This document shows, piece after piece, positions 24,605-34,699 of a DNA stretch of 38,456 nt (position 1 is the first letter of the stretch; the number at the start of each line of letters is the position of its first letter). The notes beneath the pieces were generated by a model. It had not been told where the DNA came from. It did not search any database and saw only the letters and a list, made by a program, of their open reading frames with translations. Origin of the DNA: Chiloscyllium plagiosum. Its lineage: Eukaryota. Where the stretch lies: contig NC_057718.1 of NCBI RefSeq assembly GCF_004010195.1, forward strand, positions 92,676,540 through 92,714,995, read 5' to 3'. The position numbers were made by a program, and so were the translations under genes.

Positions 24605-25625
24605 CTACGGGACATCTCAAAGCTTTTCTCAGCCATCAAAGTGCAATCATAGCTGGAATGTAGGATACACAGTACAGGTAGCTAATTTACATTCAGCAAG
24701 CCTCCACAAACAGCAATGCAATTATGACCAAATAATCAAATAACCAGTTTTGTGATGGCGATTGAAGAATAAATATTAAAACATAGAACATAGAACAGTA
24801 CAGCACAGTACAGACTCTTCAGCCCTCGATGTTGTGCCGGCTTCTTCTCCTACTCTAAGATCAGACTAACCCACATATCCTTCATTGTACAATCTTCCAT
24901 GTGCCTATGTATCTGACTCTACTACCACTGCTGGCAGTGCATTACACACACCCACCACTCTGTGTAAAGAACCTACCTCTGACTTCTCACCTAAAATCTC
25001 TTCCAATTACCTTAAAATTATGCCCCTTGGAATAGACATTCCTGCCCTGGGGAAAAGTCTTTGGCTATCCACTCTATCTATGCCTCTCATCATCTTGTAC
25101 ACCTCTATCAAGTCATGTCTCATCCTTCTTCGCTCCAATGAAAAAAGCCCTAGCTCCTTCAACCTTTCTTCATAACAAATGCACTCTAGTCCAGGCAGCA
25201 TCCTCTCTAAAGCTTCCTCATCTTTCCAAAATGAAGCAACCAGAACTGACCACAATACTCTAAGTGTGGGCTAACCAGGCTCTATAAAACGGCCGCATAG
25301 AAATACGAGTAACTCTCCTGCTCTTCTCTCAAGCTATATAAAACTAACTGCCCCCCCTTTGAAGGACAGAGAGAGAGGCATATGGTAAGGCATGAATAAT
25401 AGTTAAGTATTTACCACAGTGACATGGCACCTATTGCATCAACCCAAGCAGGCAGATGGAACTACAGTTTAATGCTTCATCCAACAGATAGCACCTCTGA
25501 CCGAACAGCAGTCTCAGGATGCTGCATTTGAATGTTAGCTTTGATTTGTGTGGTCACGCCCTAGAGTGGAACTTGAACCCAGACTGCATGATTCAGAAAT
25601 AAGTATGTTACCAATGTTGCCACAC
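24605..25625 (-). mobile_element. Deu-domain SINE (SacSINE1/AmnSINE1-like), split by a CR1 insertion
   Basis: Reverse strand: tRNA-like head (gggttcaagttcc), Deu-like gtcagaggtgct.tct.ttggatga..cattaaac...ccatctgcc, gaagagcaggagagtt..ggcc|aatatttat.c.tcaa..catcac, tail gctttgagatgtcc. Family recognised from memory of the consensus. Confidence 0.65.
24778..25285 (-). mobile_element. CR1 LINE 3' fragment nested in Deu-SINE
   Basis: (CATAGAA)n tail; ORF 25007..25255 [44 protein letters not shown]. Confidence 0.9.
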
Positions 25626-26199
25626 CTGATGCAAGCAAGGGACTGAAAAAAACCGGACAACATCATTTGATAATCCACTTGCATTGAGATTTGACAAGTT
25701 CTACTTAGAAATATTTTTCAAAGGTACTATTACACATCTCTAGAACAGGTGGAACTTGGCCATGAGCCTCCTGGCTCTGATGTAGGGTCACTACGAATAC
25801 GCTACAAGGGCCCTTAAAAAGGCCCTTATATATTTAATAATATTACCCAATACGACAGTTTGACTGGACAAGATGTGGCAAATATTTTCTATAAGTTCCA
25901 TTCACCTTTCTTCAGAAACATCATGGGCGTGCCTGAAATTGATACAAAAAAGCAAAAAGAGCTGTAAGATCTCAGTAGGTCTGGAAGCATCTTTGCAGAA
26001 ACATAACATTAGAACTTGGAATTAATTATGAATTCTTCGGAACTGAAAGAGGTTAGATTCAACCTGGTTCTGTATTTACATTTCTAAGAATTATATTTAT
26101 AAGGTAGAATACCTTCATGGTATCCAAAAGCAGTATTATTTAACAAATAATTCAAATTTTCATCAAAACAGTGTGAATTTTGTAAACATTTCCAAAAAC

Positions 26200-26390
26200 A
26201 GCAAAGAAAGAACAACTTGTATTTTTACTGCACCTTCCACAATCACTGGACATCCTCATTTGCTTTTTAGCCATTGAAGTATTTGTTGAAGTATAATCAT
26301 TGTGATTTTCTTGGAAACACAGCAGCCATTTTTGCATACAGCAAACATTACGGGAAATTAAACACAAGCTGATTAGAAACAAAACATATT
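26200..26390 (-). mobile_element. Deu-SINE-type 3' fragment
   Basis: Matches 24605-24730 (ggacatc.c....gcttt..agcca...ggaaacac.gcagcca.tttgc..acagcaa). Confidence 0.55.
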
Positions 26391-27013
26391 TTAAAAAATT
26401 GTGTTGCAAACCATCAGAAAAATATCACAGTGTTTACAAATACTGGTGATTTGTTTTCAGAATTTGGAATTGTCACAATAAAATCTTGCTTATAAAGGTC
26501 TGAATTGTGTGATTATTATAAAGATTTTAAAAAGTTCATGAAAAGTAATGAATAAATGTCCATTTAACATGTTCAAATGAAACTCTTTTGCCCCTTTATC
26601 TCAGATATAGATATTTGTTAACCTATGAGAAATAAACAAATGAGTCCTTCATTAAAATAATGGGCAAAGGAACTTCAAATAAGTGCATTAAAACTTCAGT
26701 GATAATTGCATAATATAATTTCAAGGCCTTTATAATTTAATCAAGATGTTTGGAGGATGTCATTATCTATGAGAACAAAACAAACATTGATAATCAACAT
26801 CGGAGTCCTGACGTTGAAAATTGGTGCCAGGATTTGTTACAGTATTGTTAAAGGAAATTATGCTCAGTAAACAGACATTTGAATAAAACTGGGAGAGAAC
26901 CAAAGATCTCATAAGGAAAATAATTTTTATGAAGCAGCTTGTAAAGACCAAGGACACATTACTTGAAAGACTGGCTGAAATGGATTCAATTGTCATTTTC
27001 AAAATGATAAGCA

Positions 27014-27335
27014 TCATAGAATCCTTACAATGTGGAAACAGGCCCTTTAGCTGAAGATTAACCTACCCAGACCAATTCCCCTACTACTCTACATTTACCT
27101 CTGCCTAATACATCTAACCTACACACCCCTGAAAACTATGGGCAATTTAGTATGACCAATTCACCTAATCTGCACAATTTTAGATTATGGGAGGAATCCA
27201 GAGCACCCGGATGAAACCCATGCAGACACAGGGAGAACATGCAAACTCCACACAGACAGTTGCCCAAGGTGGGGATCAAACTGGGCCCATGGCACTGTGA
27301 GGCAACAGTGCTAACCACTGAGCCACCATGCTGCC
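27014..27335 (-). mobile_element. HE1-type tRNA-derived V-SINE
   Basis: Head ggcagcatggtggctcagtggttagcactg (A box), V domain tgtgtggagtttgcatgttctccctgtgtctgcatgggtttc, CR1-like tail ggcctgtttccacattgtaaggattct. Confidence 0.88.
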
Positions 27336-28905
27336 ACAAAACTATGAAGGGGAAGTTTCACAGAGTAAAAGGGAATAAGCAGAGAAAGATGACTATCTGG
27401 AGGGCTTATTAAAAGCATTATGGTCAGCTAAATGTGCTACATTATGCTATGGTTGTATTTTAAGATATGAATTTGGACTCCAATTATATTAGTTTCAAGG
27501 CTACATTTGGCAAAGCAAAGAACATTAATTGTTCCAGCACTGCAAAGTACTTTAAAATCTTACCAGGCTTTTGAATTAAATTAACGAATGTCCTGAAAGT
27601 GATCTTTATATCTGGTAATCTGTTACAGTAATTGTGCAAATTGAAAATTAACTATGCATGAAGTAAGTATAACTGCATCACCATTCTTTTTTCCCCGATT
27701 GGGATGGAATATTTTGCACTATATATACACATCATGTTTGCTGCTTTTCTTTCAGTCGTTCAATTAGAGGGATAAATTTATTTGATAATAATTACCGAAT
27801 CAAAGGTGAAATATTATGAATGCTGAAAACCTGAAAGAAAAACAGAAAATGCTGGAAAGAAGGCCAGGCAGAATTTATTGAGATAGGAACAACATTCATA
27901 GACTGTTGCTTGAACTGATGGTTTAATGGTGAATTCATGTTTCTAAGTTAACCCCTAAAGGCAAATACTTTGTGAATTCTGTGCTTACAGTGGATCTATT
28001 TCTTAAAAATTGATTTGCTAGTGAATCTGACCTCCTCAAAATGAGGATATTTGCACCTTCTTTTTTGCTTTTGACTTAGAGACTGATTTGATGATGGAAG
28101 ATTTTACAAAGTGCAGTGCAGCACATATCAATGTACTGTGTATTACTTCATAATCTGCTAAGACTTTGACTCGCAACTTGCTCGTTTACCAATGCCAGCA
28201 AACTGGCAGAAAACAATGTATCTCAGCTAGGATTGTTCCTGTGTCACCTCACAACAGCCAGTTTAAAAGTGGAGCTGGCATTAGTCATGAGCCGGCTATT
28301 GGTATGTTATTCGGTGGCAGCTACATTACAAGAATAATAAATGTCATTATTGAATAGTAATTAAATTCAAATTCTTTAAATGTTTCAAAGGCTGGCCCAG
28401 GACCTATGTGAATATTGCATCAGCTCTTACTGCACACAATTTACTGGGGCCAGAAGTAGATGGCAGTGTGAAACTAGTTTTAAAATGTTTTAGGTTAAAG
28501 TTGCCCAAGCTAATGGATGGGGAACAATTGAATAGTCTTCCTTTGGTGAATCTCTCAGCCAAATTTTGTAGCGTTACATGGAGATATTACATCCAACTGT
28601 ACAGGTACTTCTGTCAGTACTTTTCATCAATGGCATTAACACATTAGTGTTGGATTTTGAAAAGAAGGCACAGATGCCTGTTATATTTAGCTCTGTAGTG
28701 GCATGAAAGGTCTTCAGTGATAAGTTAGTCTTGTTATATGTCACAGGCTTACGACACTCTACACTAACTACACACACATGTACACTTTCTCTCACACTCA
28801 CAGCCCCCAACCCAGACAGACACACACACAGACAGACACAAAGACCCACATGCACACATATATTTTGTGGGGTGAATTTGTACTTGTAGAGTTACATTGT
28901 ACTTT

Positions 28906-28974
28906 GCTCAAAAACTGCGTGAATTCATGTAAAGCTCTGAGCTCAAAAACTGCGTGAATTCATGTAAAGCTCTG
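28906..28974 (+). repeat. Perfect 34-bp tandem duplication (period 35)
   Basis: gctcaaaaactgcgtgaattcatgtaaagctctg at 28906-28939 and 28941-28974. Confidence 0.95.
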
Positions 28975-29057
28975 TTATCTAATTTTTTAGATTAGAATCA
29001 ATCTAAACATCATGGCACAGACAGAGAACACAGGGGGTTAACACCTTCAACATATTG

Positions 29058-29179
29058 GTAAACACAATGACTGCAGATGCTGGAAACCAGATTCTGGATC
29101 AGTGGTGCTGGAAGAGCACAGCAATTCAGGCAGCATCCGACGAGCAGCAAAATCGACGTTTCGGGCAAAAGCTCTTCAT
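29058..29179 (-). mobile_element. Family B pLTR insertion with 16-bp TSD, truncated inside the hammerhead core
   Basis: TSD caccttcaacatattg at 29042-29057 and 29180-29195; minus strand begins (g)AUGAA-GAGC-UUUU-GCCC-GAAACGUC. Confidence 0.88.
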
Positions 29180-29409
29180 CACCTTCAACATATTGTCCAG
29201 CGAACACCATTGTTAACAGCTAACCTGAGAATGCAACTTTTAAAAAAGGTTTTGTGATTTACACATGAAAGCAGTGAAACTGTCATGGTATTCGAACAGA
29301 TGAAAGACTCAACAGACAATCAAGGTATTTTTCAATGTATAATTTCAGTTACATCACACTGTAAACTTTTGTAATAAATTCTGTGCCTTACAATTGTGTC
29401 CTCCATAAT

Positions 29410-29444
29410 CACCTGATGAAGGAGCGGTTCCACGAAAGCTAGTG
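29410..29444 (+). ncRNA. Minimal type I hammerhead ribozyme motif, family A (core intact, stem II damaged)
   Basis: CAC-CUGAUGA-A-GGAGCGGUUCCAC-GAA-AGCU-A|GUG; stem I CAC/GUG, palindromic stem III AGCU. Confidence 0.6.
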
Positions 29445-30315
29445 CTTCCAATTAAACCTGTTGGACTATAACCTGGTGTTGTGCGATTTTTAACTTTGTT
29501 ATGTAGCAGTTATATTACACTTGATCATTTATTGATGACTTCATTCAGCAAGATAAGTTGAACCATTTAATTGCAGGCATCAGATATCCAATTGGAGTTT
29601 ATGTACTTCTGTGCAAAGCCCACATAAAATAATTGACATCAGCTCGTTCTAAAACTCATATCCCAGCTATGACCTAACAGAGTTGCTCTTCAGCAAAGCT
29701 TAACTATTGAAATTATGTGGAAGCCCATCAGCTCTGAAAGTTTGTCTTGAGATACTAACGTGTGGTCATTTTCAATGAGCTAGTCAGAAATTCCTCGGCT
29801 TTTATGTTTGTTATGATTTTCTTCTCAAAATTCCTGGAAATGGACAGAAAAGAGGCATTTCAGACAAATAGTTAATGTCTCTTGACAAAATTCCTCCAGT
29901 TCACACATAAGTGTGTGAATTGTTAATTAAATGACAGAAAAAGGAAGTGCAAGTTGATGTTAAAAAAAGTCTAGTTTTCCTACGGTATCTTCAAAGTTGT
30001 TTTAGTCAGCTATGACAAAAAAGAAATCAGAAACCCTTCACTGATTGAGAACAGGCCAGCCAGTCCTCTAGCTGTTCAGAGCTAAACTCAACCACTTTAG
30101 AATAGGCCAGTAATCTCTCGGGAATGCAAAGAGAGACCAAAGTCAATGCTCACATATAGTGAATCAAATTATTTAGCTGTATCAGTGAGGCCTACAGCAC
30201 TGAACTGCTTGCTTTCTTTCCAATACAACAATGCAGATCAGTTTTAGCATTCCAAAGCACTTTATAGGAATCTAATCAAACAAAACAAAATTGACACTAA
30301 GGCATTGAGGAAGAC

Positions 30316-30597
30316 ATAGAGTCATAAAGCTGGAAAAACTCATTTCAGTCCAACTCATCCATTCCAATCAGATATCAAAAATTAATCTAGCCCCATTTGA
30401 CAGCATTTTGACCACATCCGTCGAAACTCTTCCTATTCATATATCCGTCCAGATGCCTTTTAAATGTTGTTATTGGACCAACGTCTACCACTTCTCTGGC
30501 AGCTCATTCCATACACGTACCACCTTCTATGTGAAAAAGCTGCCCCTTAGGTCCTTTTTAAATTTTCCCCTCTCACCTTAAATCTATGCTGTCTAGT
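30316..30597 (-). mobile_element. CR1 LINE 3' fragment
   Basis: catagagtcat tail; reverse of FKVRGENLKR..RGSFFT.KVVRVWNELPEVV. Confidence 0.85.
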
Positions 30598-30711
30598 ATT
30601 TTCACCCAATACATAATGCAGTGTTCAAATTATGGCAGAGAAATGTTTTAGTTTATTTCCATTTTGTTGAAGTATTGTTGCAGTTTTTAAAATCCAGGAG
30701 GAGGGAAGTAA

Positions 30712-30929
30712 GACCTGAAAATGTGTTGCTGGAAAAGCGCAGCAGGTCAGGCAGCATCCAAGGAGCAGGAGAATCGACGTTTCGGGCATAAACCCTTCTT
30801 CAGGAATGAAGGGCTTATGCCCGAAACATCGATTCTCCTGTTCCTTGGATGCTGCCTGACCTGCTGCGCTTTTCCAGCAACACATTTTCAGCTCTGATTT
30901 CCAGCATCTGCAGACTTCACTTTCTCCTC
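30712..30929. mobile_element. Penelope-like pLTR palindrome, family B; 12-bp TSD
   Basis: 84-bp inverted arms 30715-30798 / 30808-30891 with 3 mismatches and a 9-nt loop; 38-nt tail on one arm; TSD ggagggaagtaa at 30700-30711 and 30930-30941. Confidence 0.9.
30772..30807 (-). ncRNA. Minimal type I hammerhead ribozyme motif, family B, intact catalytic core
   Basis: AUUC-CUGAAGA-A-GGGU-UUAU-GCCC-GAA-ACGU-C|GAUU; all core nucleotides present, GUC triplet, predicted cut between 30776 and 30775. Stem I is weak; activity and transcription unproven. Confidence 0.7.
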
Positions 30930-32424
30930 GGAGGGAAGTAACAGCCTACTTTACACCTAATCTGAAAGTGATGAGCGCCAGAATTAACACTCTAATTAAC
31001 ACTTTACTACTTAGCACAATAGTAAAGGCATGGCACAGCCAATGGATGATTGGTACAATAGCAGCAATCATTATCATGTATTCTTGTCCTTGTTAAAATA
31101 AGTAATATTGAAAGTTTTTATGAATTATTTCTAGAATTTCAAAACGTTTTCTCATCTCATCTACAGAACTGTGACTCTGATTTGCGAACTATTTAGCTGG
31201 TTCCTCCTCACAAGCACTTTCCAGATTAGGCAATGAAAATGTGAAACAACCCTGAAAGACTTAAACATAGGTTTAAGTATTCAATGAATGTGCTTCTTAC
31301 TGGGGCAAATTGCCAAACAACTCAGCACTTTAGCACACAAACATAAACTATATTAGTAAATAATAAAATCGTGTGTCACGTAACTCTATCATTGTGAATG
31401 TGGAATTATCAGCAATGTTTGAAGACTGTCAACCATGTGAAGCTAGTTTACTTCAAGATACTTCAAGACAGAGCACACTTTAGATGAGCATATTTCAAAG
31501 ACATCTTTAATGTCTTAATAATATTTATTAAACAGTGTCAAATATATATTTTGTGCTTCATTAAAATCATATTTTCAGCGGTCCTCACGTTCCAAGGGAT
31601 TGTTCATTCTGTATTTTATACTCTTACAATTATGCCAGTATCTTGAGCAAATGCGTTTTTTTGGTCCCAACTGTTTCAGACACGATGATATCTCATTGTA
31701 TTTACTGCAGCTTCAGCTCTAAGCTACCTTAGGTAACCAGGAGAGCTGGACTCAGCTCCATTGTTGCTTTTCATCTTAAAAGCTTATTTGATTAGTCACT
31801 TGTGGCTTCAGAATTGTCTGGTCCTTAAGCAGAAGATGCCCTTGTTGTTCAGCACTTAAGGACCTTTTTCCCCTTCTCAAGACCATACAATGAAGTCTTC
31901 TCCTCGTCCTTGGATCTTTGAAAATAGGATTTCAACCGCAATTTGCTGTTTTAGTTTGAACTTTGAAAAGAAAAGGATAAATGTGAAAACCTAAATTCTT
32001 AAGTATTCATATTTTCAGTTTTACATAATCAATTTCTGTTTAACTAATCGAAATAACTGGAAGCAGAAAATAACATTTTGACGCATATTTCCTAGCATGC
32101 AGGTGCTAGTTTGCAGCAATCATTTATTTTTTAAACAATCTTTTTCATAATGCAACATTTTTGTAATTGTTCGTCACCAAGCGCACTGATGCTGGTATAT
32201 GGAATACTTATCATCATCAATACCTAAGGCAGGTTAATCAAGGTAAGATACAGAGTAAAGATTTTTCTGTTGCAGGAATGTGTATTCAGCTGCTCTGTCA
32301 AAGAGTACAGCAATCAAGATCATGCAACATTTTCTTGTTCCCTCATCAATAAGCCATGCAGCCTTTTCTGAGGGATATTATCACTTGATTACAAAGTGGC
32401 AGTATTTCTGTGCTGTGGCTCTAC

Positions 32425-32913
32425 ACACACTGGAAACTGGTCTTGAATTAAGAATTAAGAAATAGCAAGTTTAGATTAGATTAGATTCCCTACAGTGTGG
32501 AAACAAGCCCTTCGGCCCAACAGGTCCACAATGACCCTCCGAAGAGCAACCCACCCAGACCCATTTACCCCTGACTAATGTATCTAACACTATGGGCAAT
32601 TTAGCACGGCCAATTCACTGAACCTGTACATTTTTGGACTGTGGGAGGAAACCGGAGCACCCAGAGGGGACACACTGGAAACTGGTCTTGAATTAAGAAT
32701 TAAGAAATAGCAAGTTTAGATTAGATTAGATTCCCTACAGTGTGGAAACAAGCCCTTCGGCCCAACAGGTCCACAACGACCCTCTGAAGAGCAACCCACC
32801 CAGACCCATTTACCCCTGACTAATGTACCTAACACTATGGGCAATTTAGCATGGCCAATTCACTGAACCTGTACATTTTATGGATTGTGGGAGGAAACCG
32901 GAGTACCCAGAGG
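32425..32913 (+). repeat. ~245-bp tandem duplication (unique flank plus SINE 3' half)
   Basis: Unit 1 32425-32667, unit 2 32670-32913; about 6 substitutions and 1 indel by eye. Confidence 0.92.
32471..32667 (-). mobile_element. HE1-type V-SINE 3' half (duplicated copy)
   Basis: (TTAGA)n tail and body nearly identical to 32716-32913. Confidence 0.85.
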
Positions 32914-33036
32914 AACCCACGCAGACACGGGGAGAATTTGCAAACTCCACACAGACAGTCACCCAAAGTGGGAATCGAACCCAGGTCTCTGGCACTGTGA
33001 GGCAGCAGTGCTAACCACTGAGCCACCGTGCTGCCC
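32716..33036 (-). mobile_element. Full-length HE1-type tRNA-derived V-SINE
   Basis: A box tggctcagtgg, B box gggttcgattccc, V domain, (TCTAA)n tail. Confidence 0.92.
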
Positions 33037-33044
33037 CAATTACC

Positions 33045-34548
33045 CCAAATTACTAGTGGTAATTTTCCAAAATTTGCTGGACTCTGGAAAACACCAAATG
33101 TGAAATCACTGATTAAAAAGGGCAGTAAACAAAACATGGGGAATTATAGACTGGTTAGCTTAACTTCTGTAGTGGGGAAGGTGCTTGAGTCTATTATCAA
33201 CGAAGAAATATCAAGGCATCTTGATAGAAAATATCCCCTTGGGCAGACACAGCATGGGTTCATGAAGGGCAGGTCATGCTTCACTAATCTTTTGGAATTC
33301 TAAGAAGACATTACAAACATGGTGGACAATGGGAATCCAGTAGATGTGGTGTATCTAGATTTCCAATAAGCTTTTGACAAGGTGCCGCACAGAAGGCTGC
33401 TCATAAGATAAGGATGCACGGCATTACGGGTAAAGTATTAACATGGATAGAGGATTGGTTGACTAACAGTAAGCAAGGAGTGGGGATAAATGAGTGCTAT
33501 TCTGGTTAGCAATCAGTAACTAGTGGTGTGCTTCAGGGATCAGTGTTGGGACTATAATTATTCACAATTTACATAGAAATTTGGTGTTGGGAATCAGGCA
33601 TAGAGTGTCAAAGTTTGCAGGTGACACAAAGATGAGTGGCAGAGCAAAGTGTGCAGAGGACCGTGAAAATTTGTCGAGGCACATAGATATTTTAAGTGAA
33701 TGGGCAATGGTCTGGCATATGGAATACAATGTTGATAAATGTGAAGTTATCCATTTTGGTAGGAGTAACAGTAAAAAGGACTATTTCTTGAATGGTAAAA
33801 TGTTGCAGCATGCTGCTATGCAGATGGACCTGGGCGTCCTTGTGCATGAATCACAGAAGGTTGGTCTGCAGGTACAACAGGCAATTAGGAAGGCAAATGG
33901 AGTTTTGTCTTTCATTGCTAAAGGGATTGAGTTTAAAAGCAAGGGAGGTTATGTTGCAGTTGTATAGGATGCTGGTGAGGCTACACTTGGAGTATTGCAT
34001 GCAGGTTTGGTCTCCTTACTTGCAAAAGGATGTACTGGCAGTGAGGCAGTGTAGAGGAGGTTCACTGGGTTGATTCTGGATTTGAGGGGGTTGGCTTATG
34101 AAGACAGACTGAGTAGACTGGGATTATATTCATTGGAATTTAGAAGAATGAGGGGGGATCATATAGAAACATATAAAATTATGAAGGGAATAGATAAGAT
34201 GGACCTAGAGAGGAAGTTTCCACTGATAGGTGAAAGTAGAACAAGAGGGCTCAGCCTCAAAATTATGGGGAGCAGATTTGGGACTGAATGAGAAGGAACT
34301 TCTTCACCCAGAGGATTGTGAATCTATGGAATTCCCTGCCCAGTGAAGTAGTTGACATTACTTCAGAAAATGTTTTTGAAGCTAAGATAGATTTTGTTTT
34401 GAACAATAAAGAGATTAAGGGTTACGGTGAGATGGTGGGTAAGTGGTGCTGAGTCCATGAAAAGATCACCCATGATCTTATTGAATGGCGGAGCAGGCTT
34501 GAAGGGCCAGATGGCCTACTCTTGCTCCTAGTTCTTATGTTCTAAGTT
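33045..34548 (+). mobile_element. 5'-truncated CR1 LINE: RT domain to 3' tail, with stops and frameshifts
   Basis: KKGSK..GNYRLVSLTSVVGKVLESII, QHGFMKGRSC.TNLLEF, DVVYLDF..AFDKVPH, SKFAGDTK, LEYC.QVWSP, RMRGD.IETYKIMKG; tail cttatgttctaagtt. Confidence 0.95.
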
Positions 34549-34699
34549 TCTTTCACAGAGCATCTTTATAAGCAGTATTGAGACTTTCCAAAGCATCATT
34601 CTAGAGTGGATTAAAGTTCCATGATGAAAGAACAGCATGCTGACACCGTGCAGCTGTGTTCTTCTTAATAAATAGCCCAGACCATTATTAAGGGTAAAA

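Larger units (their letters stand above)
28741..29498 (+). mobile_element. Longer family A Penelope-like 3' segment (CA-rich region then hammerhead-bearing pLTR)
   Basis: 29410-29498 matches the family A arm. The upstream CA-rich segment is assumed to be element body, so the left boundary is uncertain (possible ttgttat direct repeat 28731-28737 / 29496-29502). Confidence 0.65.

Noticed and set aside
28906..28974. CRISPR-like 34-bp direct repeats
   Set aside because: Only two units with a 1-nt spacer in eukaryotic DNA; a simple tandem duplication.
10310..30929. Interpreting the palindromes as MITEs or pre-miRNA genes
   Set aside because: Variable 7-16 bp TSDs, one-sided tails, truncated single-arm copies and hammerhead cores fit retrotransposed pLTRs; dispersed mutated copies argue against miRNA genes.
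32960..33036. tRNA gene (A and B boxes present; also at ~27260-27335)
   Set aside because: tRNA-derived head of a V-SINE, contiguous with the V domain and LINE-derived tail.
33045..34548. Functional reverse transcriptase gene
   Set aside because: 5'-truncated, with stops and frameshifts and a mutated catalytic motif (FAGD rather than FADD).
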